DNA of 63,597 nucleotides, counting the filler, from Syncephalis fuscata S228 (taxonomy: Eukaryota; Fungi; Zoopagomycota), in assembly GCA_025786725.1 (NCBI GenBank). It is 6 parts of 6 records of this genome, joined end to end, with 100 filler letters (N's around TTAATTAATTAA, not from the genome) between each part and the next. Parts side by side here need not be neighbours in the genome. Positions count along the whole stretch, not along the records: positions 12,975 to 40,126 come from JAHLTZ010000105.1; 5 more parts are not named here. One strand, given 5' to 3'. Both the position numbers and the translations under genes were made by a program. Position 1 is the first letter of the stretch; every line of letters starts with the position of its first letter. Of the stretch, positions 12,975 through 23,572 are shown piece after piece. The notes beneath the pieces are model-generated. The model did not search any database, had not been told where the DNA came from, and worked only from the letters and a program-made list of their open reading frames with translations.

Positions 12975-13621
12975 GTCATCATCATTCTTCTGAAGATGAA
13001 AAAAGCCAAGGTCATAGTTCAGCTGTGGCTTCAAGCGATAATAACAATAATAGCACAGGACGTAAACGTAAATCAAATAAATCGACATCAGCCAATGGAT
13101 CATCAACTAACAGTGAAGTGTCAAAAAACACAGCTGCTTCATTTTCATTACAATTAAGCGCATATCTTAATCTACTTGCTGATGCTACACACAATTTTAC
13201 TGATGGATTGGCTATGGCAGCAGCATTCTACGCTTCTCGTTCACTTGGTGTTACAACAGCAGTAGCCTGCTTTTTCCATGAAATCCCACATGAAATTGGT
13301 GATTATGCTATTCTGTTGCGTAGTGGATTTGGTAGATTCCGTGCGGCCGCTGCACAAGCTATTACTGCTCTTGGTGCATTTGCCGGCACTGCTGTTGGTA
13401 TTTGGCTAAAGTCGGGTGCACATCATGATAATGCCGCTAAAGAAAACGATGTTGACTTGGTTATGCCATTCACAGCCGGTGGATTTATCTACGTGGCAAC
13501 AGTAGGTGTGGTACCGGAGTTACTAGCTGCACGCGGAGTTACACTTCGACACTCTATAATGCAAGTCATTGCCATGTCGATTGGCGTAGCATTAATGACA
13601 CTAATTGCTCTTAACGAATAG
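12975..13621 (+). CDS. ZIP-family (Yke4/ZIP7-like, LIV-1 type) zinc transporter, 5'-truncated
   Basis: AYLNLLADATHNFTDGLAM and FFHEIPHEIGDYAILL signature motifs, C-terminal PFTAGGFIYVA. Confidence 0.9.
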
Positions 13622-13690
13622 TTGGTTATCATTACATGTGTCTATAGACACCAATAAACCATTTTAAATAGTAGCAATTTATTTATAAAT

Positions 13691-15446
13691 TTAATCAAAG
13701 TAATTTTTAGTTTTTTCATAAACAGTGTATGAAATACCCACAGCCGGTACCACCTAAATAAATAAATAATAAAAATAATTCATTAATATTATTAACAGAT
13801 TAACAAATAAATACACTTTAAACCTACCTTAACTAATGTAGGTACTAAACCTTTATAAAATCCACGAATACCTTCACGTTGTAGTGTAACGCGTACAACA
13901 TCAAATGCACCGCTATAAGTTCTTGGATGGCCCGGTGTGCCTTGTGCTTGTAGACGAGTACGTACTAGAGAAAGTGGATAGACGGCCACTGCACCGGTTG
14001 TGCCGGAAATCATACCACAAATTAACGTACCCAATACTGAAGGTTCAAACGGTTCATTAGCTGGCATCTTCGCTTGGCCACGTTTAATATAGGCAGTTTT
14101 TAACGTTTCAAAGCAAGCTAGATCGATAGCGGCAAATGGAAATACACCAACGAGCGATGGTACAACACCGCGGTAATAGGCGCGGAGGCCAGCTTCACGC
14201 CACATCTCACCGGCTACACGAAGCATAACGTTTGAGGATACAACGCCGGAAGAGGCGCTGACTCCAGAACTTGCCATCATTCTAGTCTTTAATGTTTCTA
14301 GTGGATAAATTGAGCCTTGTGAAATAACACCCGCTGTACCACCCGCCATAAATTTACTGATTAAACCGAGCTCAACGGGTGTACCATCGCTATTAAATTG
14401 GCCTGCGCCAAAGAGTCGTTTACAGCGATCATAAGTAAGAAATTTAATACCCGTTTCAGGAGCAATCTTGAGTACATTCAAACCATTGCCACGGAAAAAG
14501 TTACGAATGCCGCCTGACGTGTAGAGTTCACGTATACCATTAACGAGTGGATTGCCTTGTCCTGGTTGTGGTCGATGTGTTTGCAGGTAAATCTTCAATC
14601 GATCAAGGGGTGCTGTTGTTGTTCGTGATATGGTACCAGCAGTGGCACCGGCAATTAAATGGGTCCATACGCTTTTGGTGGCGACATCTGAAGTAATAAT
14701 CACTTCACCATCACTGTAATTTGGGCCATGCTGCGTAAATGTCGGTAAATGTTGCTTAAATTGATTTCACGGGGAAGGAATACGAGAAAATTACGCCATT
14801 CATCAAATTGAATACTGCCATCACCGTTTGTATCAAGTAGACGCATAAACCGATCAACATCCGCGTCACTTACGGTAATGCCCGCTCGTTGAAGGCTTTC
14901 CTTTAACTCGTTCGATTGCAGCGCTTCATCGTGGCTAACATCCATTTCATCAAATATTTGCCGTAAAGCGCGCTCCTTGCGTTCAATAAACGCACGAAAC
15001 TCGTCATAATCAATAATACCGTCTTTTGTGCGATCAGCTACGCGAATAAGTTCGGATGCGGCAAATGCGCCATAGGATTGCCCGGTAATTTCACCAACGC
15101 CTTCTTCAATGTCTATTGGTCGTAAAAAGCCCGATCGACTTATATCCATACGTTCAAATAAAGCACGTATACGCTTTTCTCGTTCATAAGGTGTCTCGGC
15201 GTCTTTACGAGCTAAGGTCGAGATAGTTTTGGGTGAAACTTTAATGGCATTACTACTGTCGCCGTCATTGCCATCAGCAGTAGCCACCGGTTCGGACTTT
15301 TCGTCTTGTAATTTTGCAGTTAACCGTGTGCGCGCCAAGCCAGTTGCCGCGGCGGCGATATCTGCTGAAGATGACTCGGCCGTCACGACTTTTTCCTTGT
15401 TTTTATTTGAGCCTGAAGAAAACCACGGCACAGAAAAAGAAACCAT
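13691..15446 (-). CDS. SAL1: Calcium-binding mitochondrial ATP-Mg/Pi carrier (Sal1/SCaMC family)
   Basis: Four EF-hand-like loops (DISRSG, DRTKDG, DVSHDE, DTNGDG), then three carrier repeats (APLDRLK, YPLETLK, YPLSLVR). One 1-nt frameshift near 14715 and a terminal intron ~13754-13828. Confidence 0.88.
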
Positions 15447-16119
15447 GTTTACAGATCTAATGAAATCTAATATAAAACGTTGTTGAAATAAAAAAAAGCT
15501 ATAAGCGAGTACGTACACTTCAACGAAAGTACAACGTCGAATATTGGAAAAGAAAACTTCAATTGCGACAAATTTGTCAATGCTATCTATCTATGTTCTA
15601 TATATACATATTTATTCTATACATGTAAACTGTAATACGATTGGACCCTTCATTTTCTCTTTCTCTCTTTTTCTGTTTGCGTCTGTGTGTGTGTGTGTCT
15701 ATCTATCTCTGTATCTATCTTGCTTTAATTTCATTGGAGCAATGGAAGGAGCAAATAAACGCCCAAGTGCATTGCAAAGGTTGAATAGCGTTGCCACAGG
15801 TAATAATATTATCAATGATATCATTTACAACTTGTATATTACGTAGTATTTATCAATGCATGAGTCAGAATAGGCCTTTACAAATTGTTATTTATTAAAT
15901 TTAGTGGATCGTATTTTGATAGTACAAAGTGTATTGGTTAAGTTGTACTTTGCATCTCTCAAGGCAATAAATCTTTTTACGCAATTGATTGTAATGATTT
16001 GCTTAGATTGCTTTGTGTTCAAACCATCATTCATAGTAAACATTAACATAATATTGTTGTCCATTATCGTTTTCATAAAGTAAAATAGATTAATTGTAAC
16101 AAAACATTGTATCAGTAGA

Positions 16120-16660
16120 TGATATTTTAAACATTTAAATAAAAAATGTAACATACTATTTGATTTCATTGAAACATTTGAGACCAATTGTTGTTGTTGG
16201 CCATGCATAGGAAAATTGATTGAATGTTAATAGAAGCCATTGATTGCAATTCCATGCCATTGTGCATGTGTTGTTGCATCTATGTACATCATTGATTATT
16301 ATGTTTGAATGGTCTCTTCTATTTTCCAATTTTCTACTATTGCATTTTGGATATATTTGTAATGTAAGGCCAAGATTAATATAATTATTATAAAAGTCGT
16401 TTATTAAACAGTTACTTCCCCTATAGCCAATCTGACTAAATAAATGGTATTTTTAACGATTAATATCATAATGACAATGTATATATTAAAGCAATAATGA
16501 TGATAATTAATTGATTAAATTATTGTATTAATAATTACACATGAATTAATTAATGTTGGATGTAATATTATACATGCTATAGTAATGAGTGAGTGTTTAA
16601 TTGTATTTAAAAGTGAAGGGGTGAAATGGATAAATGAAAATGTAAGAGTCAAAATACAAT
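16120..16660. repeat. Dispersed repeat family R2, copy 1
   Basis: Aligns with 48300-48830 (atgtaacatactatttgatttc, aaagtcgtttattaaacag, cctatagccaatctgactaaataaatg) and partly with 27110-27300. Confidence 0.8.
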
Positions 16661-17847
16661 AACTTCCTTTACTTAATAGTTAATAAATAGACTCATGTAA
16701 TTCAGTGTCAAAAGATCAAAATTGACATTCTTTACTTGATTGAACTACACATTGTTGTTCTACTAAACAAGGAACTGAATGGTGAGTGACATTAAGTATC
16801 GAATTATAATGCTTGAATACTTTACAACAACAATAATATGGATCAACATTTATTTATTGCTACCATTTATCTATTTATTATATTTTATTGTAAGTAGCAT
16901 GAAATAGTATAACATTATTAACACTGACATCAGATATTGAAAATTGTGCTGTTTAATTAAGTTGTCACATATTACTTTTGCTGTACATTGCGAATCATGT
17001 TCTTTCCACATCTAATCTTATTAAAAGATTGCTTATTCAGCTTAATTGCTTAAACGTTTTTTATTTTTATTAATTTCAACAAAATGTTTATTTGATATAA
17101 CAGCAATATTATAGGATATTGCATAATTGATTAATAAATAGCTGTAATAATAATAAAGTTATAGCATATTTATGTTTATACAATATCACTTTGTTATAAA
17201 TAGACTAAATAACTATTATCTATTGGCTAAGCATTGTTAAATGTATATAGCAGATTATTATTACAACAGAAATATAAAGCCATTGTATTGATTAAAGGAT
17301 CTAAAAATAAACCATTGTTACTACCTTGCTTGCTTATTATAATGTTGTGATGGTATGACTAAAAACGCATTGTATTCTGAGTGTTAGGCAAGTGTTAATA
17401 GGCATCAGTAATTAACGGTATGGAATAACCCCAGGATAAGGTGTTGCTTGGCCATCTAATTTGCAATTTAAAAATTAGAAACATAACAATATAAGTCTCG
17501 TTTTTATAAAATGTATAAACCATTACCTTTAAATAGCGAAAATCGTAATAAAGATTAAAAGTAAACAGGTTGTGCATGTGATTAACACCAAGTGCGATAA
17601 CTGTTGAAGCAGATGAATACATTTAAACTGGATAACATTGCAGCCAATAATAGAATATTGTTTAATGGAAAATTAATGGCTATAATAAGGTAATAGCAAA
17701 TTGAGTAGACAAATAAACAGTTTGTTTGGTTCATTAATTGCAAATAGTAATAATTTTGATTTTAACAAATAAAATGTTGCTGTTTTATTTGGTACCATAA
17801 GCTGCGTTTATTAGCTTACAGCACTTTTAATCTCAAATCAAAACACT

Positions 17848-19655
17848 TTAGGCTTGCTTTTGTTTCTTCTGCTTAAGACGCAGTATACCAAATCCATATC
17901 TCACGACAGAAACAAACAGATAGATTGATGTAGCAACAATTAAAAGTATAAAGACGTATAGATCATAGTTGCCGGCTTTCCACCATGGCATGCGGAAATC
18001 CGCACTTTCGTGTGCTAGAATAGCACCGGGGATGGCGGCCAGCTCAACAAGATCAGCACCACGATTGTGATCACGATTAGCCATATGAAACATACGCTGA
18101 AGACGGTTAATGTTGGTACGGATCTCTTTAGCTTCCTCCGATCCAGGTGACAGTAGTCGATGGAAGGCATCGCTCAAAGTGTCATGGCTAATCTTCTTCT
18201 TAGACAGCCATAAACCTGCTTTGTGTTTGGACATTTTGTTTGCATTGATTGTTTGATCACCAAAGCCTGGAAGGCCAAGAACTGGCACTCCAGCGTAAAG
18301 TGTTTCGTAAATAGAGCTAATGCCGCAGTGTGTAACAAACAGTTGAGTAGATGGATGCGCTAATACAGCACGCTGTGGTGCATTATCAAGCAGACGAATT
18401 ACTGGATGCTTTCCAGAACGCATATCCTCAACACTATGGTCAACACCATCAATGGTAATTGTTTGCGGTATTGATTCTTTGTTATCAGCTGTCCGCATTA
18501 ATCCCCAGATAACACCGTCAAGCAGACCATCTCTATGAGCAGCAAGCAATGAATAAAGTATTTTTGAAACACGATGAATTGGCAAAACAGAGGCAGTCCC
18601 AAATCCTACATAAACGGTGCGTTTATGGGTATCCAAGAATTCGGCAAGCTCGTCAGGCAGTGCTTCAACGGCATTTGATATGTGCGGACCAATCATAAAT
18701 GTGTTGGATGGCAAAGGTCGAGGAGTCTACACAGAACATTGTTAGAAATTATTAAAAGCGCAATCGTGCCATTACCTCAAAGCCAATAAAGTTATTAACC
18801 AATATAAATCCGTGTCGCCAAAGATCCGTGAATCCACTGTATGGTGTAATACCCGCCTTGGACATTGTAGCCTCTCTCTTTTTCAAAATCTCTTTTGCAG
18901 CAAAAAATACTTTTCCAGGGAAGATAATTTTGTCGTATAGACGATCAATAAATCCTACATTCTCATATGTGGGTGGCATATGTTGCATGCTGTTTGGTAT
19001 ATAAGGTTGCGCCGCATGGCCTAGATATTACATTGTTACATATAATTACATTCTTTCTAATACACTTACCATTTGTTCCCAACATATGCATGGTAATGAC
19101 AAACGGACAGCCAACATCGTGTGCAGCATCAACACAAGCAGGACTGCTAAAGTCGCATATGATCACGTCAGCCGAGTTGTCACGAATCCATTGACGATAG
19201 AATTGAACATTTTCAACGTAGTTTTCTATGATTATGTTAAGTATCCAATTAATTAAGTCCGTTAATTTCATTTCTTCATCGGAAAATAAAGCCTGACGAG
19301 ACATTTCTAAAAACACAGCTTTATCCATTGGGTTGGCGCCCATATCTACAGGACGTAACATAGGATGGTCCTTCAGCCACGAAGACAACGTATCGTTGTA
19401 GCCGGCAAATGCTACTTTATGGCCGCGTGCAGCCAGGATATTGCCTATAGATAGCTGGGGCACTGCATGGGACTTGGTGCCTATCGCAGTGCTAATAAGA
19501 ACATTCAACGGACGGCTGCCGAAGCTGGCGGGTGTTGGCCCAGAAGTATTCTGTTTGGTTGGTGCATTTGCGCTTTTAGCGGATATATACGTTGACTTAG
19601 AACACAATATGCAACTAAGTGCAAGAAAACAAAATAGCAACTTTTTACAAAGCAT
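17848..19655 (-). CDS. UDP-glycosyltransferase (GT1/UGT family), 3 exons, signal peptide and C-terminal TM helix
   Basis: KSH catalytic-His region, DVIICD, UGT signature APQRAVLAHPSTQLFVTHCGISSIYETLYAGVPVLGLPGFGDQ. GT-AG introns 19069-19021 and ~18775-18727. Confidence 0.9.
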
Positions 19656-21109
19656 ATTGCAGTAACCAACGAATAAACAGTAAAAAGAGAAGTTGGGCTC
19701 AATTCCTTGATAATCCATTCCTTTTCAAAGGCAATGTTCACTCTGGTAAACCTCGTGTTTATCGTTACACCAACGTCGGCATAACATGTACGGTTGCAAC
19801 GTCATGCTGATGATGAGTCAATATGAATAATCTATTAGTGTAAAAATATGCTATAATATGGTACAATATTTAATATCACGAATGCCCGTATTTTATTGTA
19901 TCTAAAGCGTAAGAGTATATATATTAATGGATGTTATACCAAAAATCATCAATAAAATTTTGTAATTGAGTGACGTAGCCTTTGGTGTTACACTATCCAC
20001 ATTCATTGATATGACAGCTGTCAAAATAAAATGATTACATATAAAAACAATATAATCGTAATTACTATTTTTGTAATTAAATCATTATATTGCAACCACT
20101 GTGCTTAACTATTTATTAAATGAAATATCAGTATTAGCATTTATAAACTTAAAATACAGTAGGTTATTTTCTGACCTTGATAATTAAACAAAAATACAAG
20201 TTACTATTGCTTAAATTGCATAATTCAACGAAGTTCAGTTTAAGCCTCGTTGTACTTAAATTAAGCTTTTCTCGTCAGGCTTCTTTGCCTGACTCTCCAT
20301 TTTAATTGCTGACAGCATTACAAATACTTAATGCTGCCGGCCAAACATTAAATAAACAACTTTTTCTACTTCCAATTACTTTTAGCTTATTTTCAGGTTT
20401 ACACAGTTGAGACTTTTGTTTAAATTATTGAATAAAGCTATTTATTGCTAATAAGAGTTGTTAGCTATTAAATTAATAAACTTTATTAATTTTATTAATT
20501 AACAATTGACTAAGCTACCTCTGTTACTCTCTCTTTTTCTATTCAGGTTGCTTAGTAAAGCTTACAAGATCATAAACCGTGATTTTGTAACAATATGTTT
20601 CAATATAATTTACTCAGTCTACTCATTAAATTATATGAACTATACCTTTAACATTGCTTTATATGATTTCTTACCGTACATTTGTTATTTTATATACGAT
20701 TCTAGACTTATTTACCCTTCCTTTATCCAATGCTATTTTTATTTTTGTTCTAACTGTATTATTAATAAATGTCCATTAATATCGGTCATCTGCTCATGCA
20801 TACATGCTTAATAACTTTAACATTGCTAATCTCGTTCAATATTGCATATTTATTATAATGTTTATCATTTTATTATATATTGGTCATACGCTGTTTATAG
20901 CCGTTGTCGGTATGGTTCCGACTCTTTTATTAATAAAATTGACATATTGCACTTAGTTTGTTCACTGAGTTATATTGATAGAACAAACAACATGAAGATG
21001 AACAGAGTTATGTTTTATTAAGATTATTTATAAATAAACTAGATCATGTCAATTAGTTATGATTTTAATGTTGATCAAGCAAAATGACGGGTATACATAG
21101 TAATAATAC

Positions 21110-21560
21110 ATATTGTGCTGATATATGCATATTGGATAATAAATCTACAATGATGGGTATTTGATGATTGATGTCACTTACCACCCATCATGTTCAACAG
21201 ATTAAATGTTATTAAAATATTCGGGAGAGTCGTGGTGGCCTAAACAGTCAAAGCGTCTTCCCTTAGTAGGAAAGTGTTGGTTCGCCTAGTTCGAATCTTG
21301 TTTTCAGAAAATGCGTGATGAATCCTTCCGTAGAAGAAATGGTCGATATTCCAACACGTGAGGAGAGCCACCAACGGTTTCAGTTGTAGATGGCAGGTTC
21401 TGCGTTGCGCGCGAATAGGTTCGAAATGAACCGTCTATTCTCCTAGGGTGGCAGGCAAATGCTGCAAATGCACGGTTAGGTCCTACGGACCGTTGTCTCA
21501 CTCAAGCTAATAAATCCGAACTTGAATGTTATTAAAATAGTCATTTAATCACAAATCATA
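21110..21560 (+). repeat. R1 repeat fragment interrupted by a SINE
   Basis: Flanks match 42060-42180 and rejoin contiguously when 21220-21539 is removed. Confidence 0.8.
21220..21524 (+). mobile_element. tRNA(Leu-TAG)-derived SINE-like insertion with 15-bp target-site duplication
   Basis: TSD AATGTTATTAAAATA at 21205-21219 and 21525-21539. Box A-like TGGCCTAAACAG (21236), anticodon-like stem-loop TTCC-CTTAGTA-GGAA (21258-21272), box B GTTCGAATC (21289-21297); GC-richer than flanks. Confidence 0.78.
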
Positions 21561-23572
21561 CTACAATAATTGATAAATTTAATTAGATTGTATAATAATG
21601 TCAAATGCCACACAATATTTTATATGATGCTGCAGTTTATTTAGCCAATTAACAAGTACTAAAAGTTAAAAGCTAAAAATGAAATAGTACATAGCATGTA
21701 TATATTAGTGCAACAACAACAATTGCGGAATGACATATAATTGCAATCATATGAAATTTATCAATATTTAATCAATATTTCTATCGTGGCCAGTAACGAC
21801 AGCAATAATCAATCTTAAACGTTTCAATGAAATTAAATAGTATGTTACATTTTTTATTTAAATCAATTTATTAACAACATTTTAATAGAAAGTAATATAG
21901 TTGTGATGTGCATAACCACACGACTTCAATTGGAATAAATCTACTTTGTGGACTCAAATGTGAGAGTCAAAGTAAAAATGACTTGATTATGTAAATATTA
22001 CGTGCTTAATCCAATATTTTGTTTTATTTTAATATATAGCTATACAGCTCTTATTAATGCTTAATAAACAAAATTAATATTTCTTCCTATTACTATAATA
22101 ATGTATAATATTAGTCGCTTACTTTGATAAATAATTAGATTAAGCCTTGTAATAGTTGGATTAGTTGGTAGTCGTATAAATGTAAGTATATAAGAAGTTA
22201 CAGTGTGATTGTAGATATTTATCCATACAAGCAACCATAATTATAAATTATAATGACAATAATAAATGATTTAATTACTAAAATTGTTAATTCAATTTTA
22301 TTTACATTTCTCTGTTTTCTGTGCATTATCTCGGTTTAACGTTGCTGCTGTTTTGGTCACATTAGCAACAGCCAACTTTTGATAAACGCAGTCCATTTTA
22401 GCATAGTTATAATGATTTGTTATAGGTCAAACCATTAATCCTTTGAGCTGCCAATTGTTTTTCCATTGGTTTCTGCTTTGACTTGTTCGTCTATATTCTA
22501 TTTTGCTTAACTTGCTAGGATTGGTTTCGAAAATGTAAGTAGTACCTAGACCTTGGATGATTACCAGTTGATATGCAATCCATCGACACTATGCACTGAA
22601 ATTGGTAATATTTGAGCAAAACTTTCTATTGTGTTTAATCTAGTGTTTGCATATTGTATTGCGTGTAATCTAGTCAATGCAATCTAGTTTACAGCTGAAA
22701 ACTGATGACGAAAATGACTTGTTGGAATGTTCCATTGCTCAAAATGCTGTGATGCATTATGCTACAAACAATACTTATTGTATATTTAATTTCAGGTGAT
22801 TTAGATTAGTCGCCATTTGAATGATGGTAGTTGCACAACATGTGGCATGATATGCCTGGATGTAATGCGTTTGTGAATTCAAAGCAATGATTGCCCCATA
22901 ACAATGGGCATAGTGTCGAATGAAATGTATACATGCATCAATCAACACACTTTATAATCTAAAATTACAGCTGACCTATGTATGGCAGTAAAACCTGTAT
23001 AAAATACCAGTTTAACATATTAAACTTGTTTTTGCATCAGTGTTGTTGTGTGTTATTCTGTATGCAACAGATATTGAGAATCAAATCGGTAGAAATGGCA
23101 GCAAAGACTTCATTATCGTTTTTACCAAATAGTTAAATCGTGTAACAAAAAATTCAGGCTAATATGTCTATTTTTATCCCATATTACTGGATTACGAACA
23201 TTGTTACATCATTCGTGTAAATAACTAGCAGATTGAAGTAAAGACCGGGCAGGTTAAAATCAAGACCGAGCAGATTAAAAGCAAGGCTGAGATACATTCT
23301 ATTACGGCATGAGTCTATTGGTACACGCGCACCTCAGTTCATTGTTTGGATTGCTTTATTGGTTCATATTATACATTAATGGTATATATCGTATACTACA
23401 GTATACTAGTACTCAGCATAATCATAAGTTTAAATAGCCCACAAAATATACACAAATAACTGCGATATCATCATCCCACTCTACTTCTTATTAAACACAC
23501 ACTACTCTCCACTCTATACCAACCGCACTCTACTATCTCTTTATTTGTTTGTCTCAACAAATTAATATTACC

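Noticed and set aside
21223-21305. Functional tRNA-Leu gene
   Set aside because: No convincing acceptor stem pairing; it sits at the head of a TSD-flanked insert, so it is better explained as a SINE head.
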